Assembly: GCF_009914755.1 (NCBI RefSeq)
Contig: NC_060938.1
DNA: 64,000 bases
Reading direction: 5' to 3' (one strand)
Source of the DNA: the human T2T-CHM13v2.0 reference genome, Homo sapiens
The notes beneath the pieces are model-generated. The model searched no databases and was not told the DNA's origin. It worked only from the letters and a program-made list of their open reading frames with translations. Made by a program: the position numbers and the translations under genes. The stretch's first letter is position 1; the number at the start of each line of letters is the position of its first letter. This document shows, piece after piece, positions 13,586 to 25,334 of the stretch.

Positions 13586-14999
13586 TAATAAGAAAGAATC
13601 CTAGAAAATCAGAGAAAAGTTGAAGGAATAAAGGCTTCCTAACAATCAGGATTGGATTAGGTTTCTCTTTGATGGGCCCTGGGAGGATATCCTGTTTATT
13701 TCTATCATAGTTTTCATTTTGCCTCATATTTTGTGATTGTCTGTATACTTGTCTTTATTTCACTAATTGAAAAGATCCAAGTGTCTGGTAATGTATGTTC
13801 TTAAATGCTGTATCTTCACTCCTAGATCATTGTCCGGAATCTGAAATGTAGGTACTTGAAAAGCATATAATAATTGAATAAATAAATATATAGATAGTAT
13901 TTGTTATATTTTGATTAAAAAATTATGTCCAAAGTCTGCAACAAGTCAGTGATCAGTATTACATCAATAACAACAAAGAAAATTAATTCTAAGGCAGATG
14001 TTGATTTCTCTTTAAGCTTTTGTTAATGTTCACATATATAGGTGTAATTGATTGTAAAAATTGAGTATGTTCAAAGTCTATAAAATAAAAAAAAGAGTAC
14101 TATAATAGGCAAGGGGACTTTATCTTAAGGCAGAAATTGTTTTTCTTCTATGTTGTTTTATATTTATGCATATGTTTGGATTGCAATTACGGGGCAAGTC
14201 GTAAGTACCCAGAAGCATGCCTTCCTGGATTGAATATAATATCCAAAGTCATTGGAAGCTCCATTCAATTGCTTAACTAACTCAGTCATTACCCAATTTT
14301 CTCCTTTGGTTTGATATCTCAGAGGCAACCTAGGAGAAAATTGCTTGAGTTCCCTGCACATTAATTTAGTAAAAATCAAATTTAACTCTTGTTTATAATT
14401 GTCTTCTTAAGATCCATGGACATGTAAAAATTCAGCATAACATCTGAATCTGTGGCATTCAAACGCACACTTCCTAATAAATGATGCCCCAGGAGACAGA
14501 ATCAAATCAGAAAGAGATGCAGTGTTTATTGAAAATCTACGTTGGGTGAAAATGTGTTAATTTAATAATCCAATACATATTAAATGTAACACAATAGTTT
14601 ATGTTTACATTATAAAATATTGAGCCGTAAAATATGGATTTTTCGATGTTAAAATGAATTTCTGTAATGAAAATCACTGGAATGTATTCATTTTTTAAAT
14701 AAAAGCGTTCAGTATAATACACATTTACTAGGAAAAGCATATTTTTAAAATCAATAGGATCTTGAAATGGTGCTGTCTTTTTCCTCCTTTCAAGCTTCCA
14801 AAATTAGGACAAATATTTGCTGGGCATTATTTAATTCCAGGCTTGCCTCCCTGTGCCAAATGTCTCCTGCTTTGAATGATGCAATTTCCAGTATTGAGCT
14901 ATGATTAGAAAATAAAAATTCCTTTTCATATTAACTTTTGGGGCAGAATAAACTAGTAAGATAAATCTGGTTTTAGAAAATGCAGAGTTCATTCCAAAA

Positions 15000-15600
15000 T
15001 ATATGTGTGGAGTTGAAGATACATATACATACGTGTGTATGTGTGTGCGTGTGTATATACACACATATATACATCTTCACAGATATATATACCATTTTAT
15101 CTTATTTTACAAACATAATCATACACAGATACATACATTACATATATACATATGTACATACTTGTATGTATATATATTTGTAATAAAATACATGTATGTA
15201 TATATAAAATACATAATATACATACATATATGTATGTATATATTTGTAATATAAAATAAAATGATATACTTTTGTTGAAATTAACTATTTCTCTGTATAA
15301 ATGATATATATATCATTTCTCTGAATATATAATAATATATCGTTTCTCTGAATAAATAAATGACATGTATATCATTTTATTTTACATTACATATATACAT
15401 GTATGTACATATATATATTTTAAGCTTTGTATATATATACAAAAATATATATACATATATACTTACATGTATATATATTTGTAATATAAATACATACATT
15501 ATGTATATATGTAATACATTATATATACATATTTGTAGTATAAAATAAAATGATATATTTTTTCTTGAAATAAACTGTTTCTCTGTAATATAACACATTA
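15000..15600. repeat. (TA)n/(CATA)n-rich tract with an internal duplication, just downstream of the OR4K14 stop
   Basis: The block tataaaataaaatgatata...ttgaaat.aact.tttctctgta occurs at about 15250-15298 and again at about 15538-15587, inside TA-rich sequence. Confidence 0.85.
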
Positions 15601-15708
15601 CAAATTATATCAATGTAGTGTCAGAATGAAATCTTTGAGCAGAATTATATTAAAGAAATTATATCTGCTGAATGAATAGAAACATCTAACACTATGGAAG
15701 GCTGGATT

Positions 15709-16641
15709 TCATTGAAAAGTCACCCGTCGGTTTTGCAGTTTCTTCATAGCTGCTTTCATCTCCTCATTTCTCAATGTGTAGATAATGGGGTTCAGGAGTG
15801 GAGTAAAAATGGTATAAAACACAGACAGCAGCTTGTCCACAGAGAACCTACTGAAAGGCCGCACATAAACAAAAATGCAAGGGCCAAAGAACAGCGTCAC
15901 TACCATGATATGCGCAGAGCAAGTGGAGAGTGCTTTGGATGTGCTACCGGCAGCACGCTGTCTGATAGCGAGGAGGATCACGGTGTAGGAGATCAGGAGG
16001 AGCAGAAAACAGCTCAAGGAAAGCAACCCACTGTCTGAGATCATAATTATACCCAAGACATAGGTGTCCATGCAGGCAAGTTTGATCACCAGAGGGAGGT
16101 CACAGAAGAAGCTGTCTACCTCATTGGGGCCACAGTAAGGCAAATTTACAGTGAAAGCCACTTGACTGATGGAGTGCACAAATCCAACGACCCATGAAGC
16201 CAGCACCAGCCTGATGCAAGTCTGCCAACTCATCAAAGTCATGTAATGCAAGGGTTTGCATATGGCCACATATCTGTCATAGGCCATGGAAACCAGGAGC
16301 ACCATCTCAGCCCCACCAGTAAAGTGCAAGAAGAAGATTTGAGCCATACATCCTCCAAAGGAGATGAGTTTTTGATCACTAAGGAAATCCCTGATCATCT
16401 TGGGAGTGGCAAATGAGGCCAGCCACATGTCCAGGAAAGCTAGGTTCCCCAGCAGGAAGTACATAGGGGAGGAGTGCAGGCAGGGATCAGAAATTACAGT
16501 GACCAAAATGAGAAGGTTACCCAGCATAATGGCCACATAGACCCCAAAGAAAAATATAAAGAAAAAATTTTGAAGATGTCGTGAAGTGCAGAGTCCATGC
16601 AACACAAATTCTGACACCAAGGAATAGTTCTGTGGGTCCAT
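15709..16641 (-). CDS. OR4K14: Olfactory receptor 4K14 (310 aa, intact, single coding exon)
   Basis: MDPQNYSLVSEFVLHG...PMYFLL...MAYDRYVAICKPLHY...FFCDLPLVIKLAC...KALSTCSAH...PLLNPIIYTLRN; sequence recognised. Confidence 0.96.
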   Translation of the reverse strand: MDPQNYSLVSEFVLHGLCTSRHLQNFFFIFFFGVYVAIMLGNLLILVTVISDPCLHSSPMYFLLGNLAFLDMWLASFATPKMIRDFLSDQKLISFGGCMAQIFFLHFTGGAEMVLLVSMAYDRYVAICKPLHYMTLMSWQTCIRLVLASWVVGFVHSISQVAFTVNLPYCGPNEVDSFFCDLPLVIKLACMDTYVLGIIMISDSGLLSLSCFLLLLISYTVILLAIRQRAAGSTSKALSTCSAHIMVVTLFFGPCIFVYVRPFSRFSVDKLLSVFYTIFTPLLNPIIYTLRNEEMKAAMKKLQNRRVTFQ

Positions 16642-16674
16642 TGCCTCAGGTTTCAGACTTTGTTTGTAATCTAA

Positions 16675-17105
16675 ATAAAGAAAAAAATCCTGTCATTTGC
16701 AGCAACACCTCAAGGACATTGTATTAAGTGAAATAAGCCAGGCACAGAAAGACAAATATCAAATGATGTCACTTAATATGTGGAATCTAAAAAAGTCAAA
16801 CTTACAGAAATAGAAAGTAAAATGGTGGTTACCAGAGGCTGGGAAGGAGAAGGGTGAGGGATAAGTTCGTCAAAGAACAAAGTTTCAATTAGACAGAAGG
16901 AAAAAATTCAAGTGATCTATTGTACATCATTGCGATTATAGCTAATAGCAATATATTATACACTTGAAAATCACTAAGAGAGTAGGTTTTGCATTGTCAT
17001 CACAGAAAATAAGTATGTGATTTAGCCATTCCACAATGTTTACATATATGAAAACATCATGTTGTACATTATAAACATATATAATTTTCATTTATCAATT
17101 AGAAA
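16675..17105 (+). mobile_element. L1MA-type 3' end fragment abutting the OR4K14 coding exon
   Basis: aaatcctgtcatttgcagcaaca...taagtgaaataagccaggcacagaaagacaaata...aatggtggttaccagaggctgggaagg...tttagccattccacaatg. Confidence 0.88.
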
Positions 17106-20100
17106 GAAAGAGAGAGGGAGGGGAAGGAAGAAAAGAAGTAAGTGAAAATGCCTGTCAACTGTCTGGCACATGAAAGTGATCAACTAAGTGTTATCTATGT
17201 ATAATTTTTAACTTGCAAGTGATACTCTAAAATATAGACTGTTATATACTAACAAGCATGTATATTTGCCTTTTTCAAACTTCAGTGATTCCTGAGGGGC
17301 AGTTAGACATTCTGGAAGACTTCTGCATAGGTGAGAGTTGTAGGAACTTTTTTTTTCCTTCTTTCCATGGCCTTTGTCCATATAAAAACATGGATCAATC
17401 AAGTGCAGTAGGTGAACCAAAATTCCTTAGGAGGATTGAGAATATGAAGATTTTTTCAGGGATTCTATCTTCTCACCATCTCTGTCGATATCATTGCCCA
17501 ATGGGTAATTAATTATTGTTAAGCACTAAATATTGAAATTAAAGCTTCACTTAAAAATAATGTCAACACGTAAGACATGGGAAACTGAATGTACATTATT
17601 AAGTGTCTCTTCCTCTTCCTCTCTCTCCATTTACACACACAAACACAAAACTAAACCTAGCAAAGGCATGTTGATAGGTAGATGTATCTATGTATATAAA
17701 TATGATTAACGTGTCTTTCTCCTGAATCCAAGAGAAGGAAATTTTGTTCCTCAATGACAAAATTTAAAGGAGAAAAATTACTTTAAGCTAAAACGCATGT
17801 TTTGGATATAACGACTATGGGCGGGGGGTGATGTATAAATACAGATGAGCTCCCAAATCATGTACCCAACTTATGTATGTTGCTTAGTAATTTTATAAAA
17901 GTCTCATTTATTGTGTTATATGTGGGTTGTAGAATGGCTTTTCTGATATTCTCAGATAATATCTCTGAGGAAAATTTGATCTAAATAATGGCTCGTTTAC
18001 ATAAAGTTTTAATCTAAAGTGTTAATCTGTGCTATCAGGGAGGACAGCCTATAATTGCAAAACGTGGGACTCTTTCCTCTTTCTTGCCCTTCATCAATAA
18101 CCTGGATATGTATAATTTGCAAGTTTACAGATAGCACAAATCTGACACGATTTACTTACAGACTTATAGAATATTTCAATATGCTGGAAATATGGGCCGT
18201 AATCAGCAAACTAGAGAGAAAAGGTGAAAGGAGGAAGAGAGAAGAGTGTAGACTGATAATCAGCCTAACAGAGACATAGAGTATTATATTATTAATATAT
18301 TTCTTTATAATCACGCTTTTAATTTGTTGTAATTATAATTCATTTTTTCTTAAAAAATGAATAAAAATATTTATGGTAAAATGTGTTGTAATGCTTTTGA
18401 TTAAATGAGCGAAAAAGTAGATCTTCTTCAAGGCATTTGCATCTTATTTTCCAGTTAAATTTCAACTCAAGAAATTGCTTCCTATAGAGCCATAATGTTG
18501 AGATTTCTTCCATATTTAATCTGCTTGGAATATTTCCTTTTTTTTCCCAACCACTTTATTAAGGTACAATTTATATAATATAAAATCATCTATTTAAAAT
18601 ATTTAGTCAATCATTTTTTAATTATTTTACCAACTTGGTTATCTCCATAATACTTCCTTTGGAATTTTGAAAATCTCAGTCCCTTCCAGGACCTCTCTTG
18701 GCAGTAGTCAGGCTATCTTCTTCCTTATTCATTTACTCACTTACACACTCACTCATTCAGACTGTATCTATAAGACACTAACACAGTTCTTCATCTCACT
18801 TTATTTGGTATAAAAACCAATCAATACAAGAAGAAATAAATCACTTAACCTAGGTTTTATTTAGTTTCTTCACCCCACAGATTTTTATTTTTGCTCTTAT
18901 CATTTTTAAATTAATTGTATTTAGGATAAAAAGCCTATTTGATTAGATACATAAATCTATCTATAAATGAATTAGATCATTTATAGATTTATTATTTATA
19001 AACTTTCTCCGAGATGATTTAGAATGACTTTCTTTTAAAAATATTTTAAATTATTATGTGGAAGCTGAGCAAAATAAACTGATGGAGATAGTATAAAAAT
19101 GGTTACTAGACAATGGGAAGGGTAGTGGGGAGAGTGGGAAAATAAAGGGAGGATGATTAATGAGTAAGAAAATGCAGTTAGGATGACTTTCACAGAAAAA
19201 GATATTTCCAAGACCTCTCAACAAAGACCAGAGCATAAAACCTATGCAATCATTTTTGAGGGTGTTTTCACCATTACACATGATTGACTAATAAGTTCAT
19301 CACGTTATTTTAAAACGTAGCTCTGAGTTTTCAGATGAAATGGAACAGGATGCATAGGTCCCATAATTAGTTTTTTTTATGAGCAATAAACTGGAGTCTC
19401 ACTCTCCTCACTGAGAGGAAAATATTGTATAAAGCTTTTAATAAGGGGTATCACATAGAATCCTTCATGAGAAATTACAAAAAAGATGCAGGACTCTCCT
19501 TCATTTAATGTTGTTCCTTTATAAAATTGAAGAATGTAACATAAAAGAAGAGTCTTGTAAGGCTTCTACAGGGAAATAAAGTAACTTATTCTAGTTGTGA
19601 AATAGTCTAATAATGAGAATTTGATATAGTAATAGATTTTTAGAATCTAAAGGGATTAATAATTACCATATCTTCTTTAGTCCACCCAAATAGCACCCAT
19701 CTCAACCAGACTGTTGTCAAGATAATGAAAATTCAAAATTGCTTTGCTTCTCCTTGAATTTCTATAAAAACATTACATTAAATCATTTAATTGCAACACT
19801 TTTTTTGACAATTAGATGCTACCCATCTTTAGTCTGAAATTTTAAGTCTGAAGCCAAAATCTCCAACGGGTAGAAGGGACATAATCACGAAGCAATAATT
19901 CTTAGGAAGTTTAGTCAGATTCCTCTGACACCCATTCTAGCACATATATCACAGGTCATAGAGCTATACTTTTATTGATATTCTTTTCCTTTTTATGTCC
20001 CTGAAAAATTTCGCTTGTAAATCTAAAACATAATTGTATTTAATATACTTTTTAATAAAGATTAAGTGAACAGAAAGTTGAAATAATCAGATGGAAAACT

Positions 20101-20584
20101 CGGGAAACAAACATAAAGGAACTCAATTTGCTATTGAATCAAAGTTGTTCTACAGTTAGATACTGGTGATAGTTGTACAACTCTGTAAATACACTAAAAA
20201 CCATTGAATTGAACATGTAAAATGAGTGAACTTTATGATATATAAATTATACCTCAACAATGTTTTTAAAATGGATATTAAAAGATGTTGTAATAAATAA
20301 TCTCGATTAAAGTTCTAATTTCTGAGAACTCTTTATGATGTGTAAATCATCTAAAAGCAAATAAATACTAAGTTTGTAATCAGAAAAAAATGACATTGAT
20401 TTTGTATACAAACCAATGGTGTTTTTAAATTAAAATATAAATCCAAATAATAATGAAAAAATTTAACTTCAACTTGCAAGTTATTATGATGTAATCCAAC
20501 GATTTAATATATAAAATAATATAACAATTAGTCTGTATTTGACTTATATCTCATGCATGTTCATATTTATTACAAAAGTTCTTT

Positions 20585-20960
20585 ACTAACCTGGAGTTAA
20601 GATGCTCAGTGCTGATACTGCAGCTCACCCAATTTATATTTTACATCTATTATACTTGAATGGAGCTATTGAAAACACATATTTTATCCCAGAGATGATT
20701 TAATCATCTTCTTCTGCATCTTAAAAACAATTCAGGAAAAGCATTATTTTAAAGTTAGAGAACTTCAGATTTGAGTCTTCCTTGGAGTTAAGTTATAAAT
20801 ATACCCTGTCACCCACCAATTAAGAATCCTTTAATTATGGGCCATTTGTGACCAATGACCATAACAAAGGCTTGGGAATAAATCATCTGAGGGTGGAAAT
20901 TTGCAGTAATGAATCACGTTCATTTCTCCAGGTGACAAAAGAAAAATAATTATGGATCTG
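20585..20960 (-). promoter_or_regulatory. Candidate OR4K14 promoter and 5' non-coding exon
   Basis: Minus-strand donor CAG|GTTAGT at 20591/20590. O/E-like TCCCAGAGA (20687-20695) and TTCCTTGGAG (about 20777). Homeodomain sites CAATTA (20817) and TAATTA (20832). Confidence 0.55.
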
Positions 20961-21789
20961 CCAGATTATATTAGCACAGCTGCATTTATTTTAGTAATTC
21001 AAGCAGAATTATATATACCATTATCCAGTTAATCAAGTATAAAATGACAAATTTATCTCTAAATAATCAAATTAACAAGTTACACTCTAAAATTATGCTG
21101 AAAATTTGCCAACTCTGCACATTATATAACTTTGATCAAGCATTACACTTTGAAAAAGATTTACTCATACAAGGAGCATCAGATTTATATGTGCCAAAAT
21201 ATTTGCCTTCTCTAGATTGGTACGGTCAGGCATGATGAAATCTCCAGGTGTGTGGGTTACTTTGTTCATCATTTATTATTGATAGCCTACTTACTTCCCC
21301 AAATCATTCAAGGTTAATGCAGGATTCTTCTACTAATGGGTCCACGCTGAAGACAAATATTCCAAAACATTCTGATAAATGGTCATCACATTTACAACTA
21401 TTCACATGACATTTACTTCCATATTAGGTATATAAGTTCTACCAAATTTATGAGAAATTTGACTACCAAGGCAGCCTCTGAGTATAGTAAAAAGTCTCAA
21501 GTGGCACATTGGCATTAGATAATTGCGTTTCACTTAAAATGAGTTGCAAAATCTAAGTTCTGTTTCTGTCTTTTAAACACACAGATAATGATTACTAAAG
21601 AAAGTCTGCAGAAGCAGTCTATTAGCTTCAGTGTGATTTGTTTCTGAAATGCAGTCATTAGGTGGTACAGATATATTGTGTAAAATAAAGAATTATAGAG
21701 AAGTTTTTGACAACCAGATTAAGTGAATACTGGATTTGGAGGTAAGGAAAGATTTACTAAATGTGGTGGCTTTATTTATGATACAACAT

Positions 21790-22025
21790 AGAGGGCATTT
21801 TTGGATAACATTAACATTTAAAATGGTGAGCCTTGAGTAAAGTGGACTGCTCTCCATAATGCGGGCGGAGCTCCTCCAGTAAGTTGAAGGCCTGCATAGA
21901 ACAAAAGGACCAGCCTTTCAAAGCAAGGGAGAATTCCCCATCAGACCACCAGGCTGCCTCAGACCTTCATCTGTGTCATCAGCTCTCCTGGGTCTCCAGC
22001 CGGCAGGCCTACACTGCAGATTTGG
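21790..22025 (+). mobile_element. MLT2-type (ERVL) LTR fragment
   Basis: ttaacattta...ttgagtaaagtggactgctctccataatgcgggcgg...gttgaaggcctgcatagaacaaaagg...ctcctgggtctccagcc...cacactgcagattt-like. Confidence 0.75.
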
Positions 22026-22140
22026 GAAAACTTTTTGATAGACACTTTGGAAACATAGACCAGGCCCATTAAAAAATGCTAGTAGATCTTGACCTAGTCA
22101 TTTCTATGTTAAAATATGTCCATAATAACATTACAGATTA

Positions 22141-22235
22141 ATAGATCAAGAATTATTAAGCAATTTACTGATTTATAGATCAAGAATTATTAAGCAATTT
22201 ACTGATTTATAGATCAAGAATTATTAAGCAATTTA
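22141..22235. repeat. 34-bp tandem repeat, about 2.8 perfect copies
   Basis: Unit ATAGATCAAGAATTATTAAGCAATTTACTGATTT starts at 22141 and 22175, with a partial copy at 22209. Confidence 0.95.
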
Positions 22236-22589
22236 AATTTGCCAGAATAATTAAAATCAATTAAAGTATATCTGTGTGATAGAAGATAATAACACATGAA
22301 AAAGTGTGTTTTCAACAAACGAAGAAGGGTTCATGGTGTTTTGTTACGGCCAAAAAAAGAGGACAGCTAACTATACATACAGTATAAATCCTTAGGTTGC
22401 ATCAATGAATAAAATAGGTAAGAATTACTTTCCTCTTGACACTTACAATCTAGCAGAAAACACAAACACATAAATACAAATAAATGACTCATCTATGATA
22501 AGCACTAAGGAAAAAAAGTAAGCAGAGTAAGGCATATTGAGAATGCCAGAAGAAGGATTGCTTCAATTGCCTACAGTGGCAAATTGTTT

Positions 22590-25332
22590 GGTAATGTGCT
22601 GTTTATTGGTTCTCTTCTTCCCTTGTCCCACTTCCTCACTCTACCAGAAAACTACCAGATTTTCTTAGGATCGCTTTTGCCTAGTAAAAGTATTTGCACT
22701 CCATTCCTGATCTCAGAGACTTCTGGATGAATACAAGGTAGGACAGTTAATACTAGACCTGCTTCTATAGAACAGATTCTCAGAATGAGATTTTGAAATT
22801 AAATCGCTCACTAGCCCAATGCAACAGTCCCTCATTGTTGATGGTAAGTAAGATCATGAGAATCTCTGGCACACTGTATATCACAACTACTAGACTCTCA
22901 CTTGTGATGATTTAAGTTGGGTTAGAGACCTAGATTTGATAGCAGGACAATGCTACTTTATAAAAATAAGGAGTTGGCTGGTTATTTCTAATTGGCATCG
23001 AAGTGCTTGCAGAAGAAAATAACAGGCTAAGGTCAGTCAACTATCAACTCAGGCCACAGTATAAAAATATAGAAGGCCCCATGACAGTACACAAAGTGAT
23101 CTCTATTGTCTAGAGTCTAGGGGCAGCCAGTGCTGTAAATCAGGATGGATACTAATTGTGAGAATAGTGAAGTTACAAAGAAAGCTGAATTCACAACTCT
23201 GGAAACTCTTTTATGCTAAGGTCTAATAAGAAAAATGTTAGAATCTAATATCTGATATAAGAATATCTTCCTTTGAACATGTTGGGCCAGCAGAAGTGGC
23301 TTCCTCCTTCTTACTGGAAAGTAGCACGTTCACTTTCCCTGGAAAAAAGTCAAAGGCTCTAACTAAGGTGTATGTGCTGCAAAATAATACACCTTCATCT
23401 TAAGATCAGTCCCACCTACCTTCACTGCTTCCAGGTAAATAACTAGAGTATAGGTACATAATGTGAGACTGGGGAAATACTAACCCTACTCTCAGATAAA
23501 AGAGAAATAACCAACAGGACTTCATGAACTGACTAATATGCACTGGAAGAATGAATGAATGTTGAAGTTTGGAACAATGTGTGGGGGCAGAGTGTGGGAT
23601 AGATAAGGGAGAATTTATTGACATGGAAGTACTTTTCTATAAGTCAGGATTTTATACCTTTGAAACTTGGACAGAATGATGATCCATTCTATCCAAGGTA
23701 GAAATGCTGGAACTGCCTTGGCATATCTTAAATGAAAGGCTCAAAAGTCTAAGTAAGCTTGGCAAAATCAAATGGATTTAGCTTATAATACTAGTGCACC
23801 GACCGACTGACAAGGTTACAAGGGAAGGTCTAGAGGGTCTTTCACTAAAGCTTAAAGCATGGACTCCCTACTGTCAGTCACAACAGTAGGAGCCTGGAAT
23901 TTAAGAGGATGGGTAGCAGTCATTAGCCATCAGAGGCAACTATAGTAATTTTGACAGTGTGCAACAAGTATGTAACAAAAAGCTTAGATCTTAACCCGCA
24001 GGTGTCTGTTATGATAACTAGATGGAGCAAGAGCTGTAGGCACCCAACAGAATTATTTCTTGACTCACATCACCCAAGGAGGAAAAAGGAAATCAAGAAG
24101 TGGTAAGCAAAATATTGGTAAAAGCCACCATAATGGAATAAAAACAATCTATTACCCAGTTTCTAAAAACGAGTGAGTAATCAGATCTAGCACCGATCAA
24201 TTCAAGAAGAGGCCAGGTCCACTTGAAGAAGAGCTCCACGCTACAGTAAATGTATACAAAAACAATTCCCCCAATCATTCTTCAGAATTATGCCCATTTA
24301 CTAGAGTAACTGAACAGCAGATAAAGGGAAATATTCAGATATTTGAGGTCTAGAGTCTGAGACAGTACTCATATCTGGGAAACAAAAATCCCATTATAGT
24401 CCCTGTTAGAGTAAATCATACAGATACTAGGTGATGAATGAAGTCTGCTCCAGTGGGTCTATTTGTGTAATTTCCCTGGCTCCTGATGCATAATTAGAAT
24501 GGATATACTAAGTAGCTGATAGAATTTTCACATTGGTTCCTTGGCCTATAGAATATGAGCATTAAAATAGAAAACACTAAGCAGAAGTCTCTGAAACTGC
24601 AACACCTACAACCATAAGACTAATTAGAAGTAATATGACAACCCTGATAGAAGGACAGATTATTGCCATTTTAGAAAGCTTTAGTTTACCAGTCTGATAT
24701 TGCAAAAAGGAAAGCAAACAACCAAGCAACAAAGAAGAAAAAACAGAGGTGAGAGGAAGGGGAGAATGAAGGAAGGAAAGAAAAGAAAATTTTTTAAAAA
24801 ATATGTCAAAATACAATGGAGTAAGGTAAATATAACCAGTTGGTAGTTCCAAATGCAACGATTGTGCTGAATATAGTATATTTACTAGAATTCACTGATA
24901 CAGGCTCTAGTAATTGTGTAGCCATTAATCTGACAAATGTGTTCTCAATTCTTATCAGGGAAAACAGTCATAAGTAATTTTAACTCACTTTGAAATGACA
25001 GCACTATACATGCATGATCTTATCCCAGTAGAATGTTAATTCTCCTGTCATAATACTGTCGGAAGAGATTTTGACCATCTGGACATCTCGCCAAATGCCA
25101 AACTTTTCTACTGTATTGATGACTTATTAATGGTAATAGTGGGGAGTAGTAACTAGACGTTACTACTGATTAGTAGTCACTAATGTTTCCTGATAAGACA
25201 CCTGCATCCAGGGGAGATATTAATGTGTCTCCCACATTAATGGCATTTTTAGGCATCCAGTTGTCTGAGTACTCCAAAACATAGCCTTGGGAATTCTCCT
25301 CCAACCAGTTTATCAGGTAACACAGAAGGTTG
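22590..25332 (+). mobile_element. Ancient ERVL-class provirus remnant (LTR16-like LTR end plus degenerate gag-pol)
   Basis: LTR16-like 3' end at about 22590-22745 (tttgcactccattcctgatctcagagacttctgg...aggaca). Pol-like remnants tgtattgatgactta (YIDD region) and ctcctccaaccagtttatcaggtaacacagaaggttgcc (LLQPVYQVTQKVA, similar to ERVL LLRPIYRVTRKAA). Confidence 0.62.
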
Positions 25333-25334
25333 CC

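Noticed and set aside
15694-16038. Antisense and alternative-frame ORFs over OR genes (also 61655-62345 and 4034-4562)
   Set aside because: Shadow ORFs of the OR coding sequence with no independent support.
22141-22235. 34-bp repeats as a CRISPR-like array
   Set aside because: The copies are head-to-tail with no spacers, there are no cas genes, and the context is eukaryotic.
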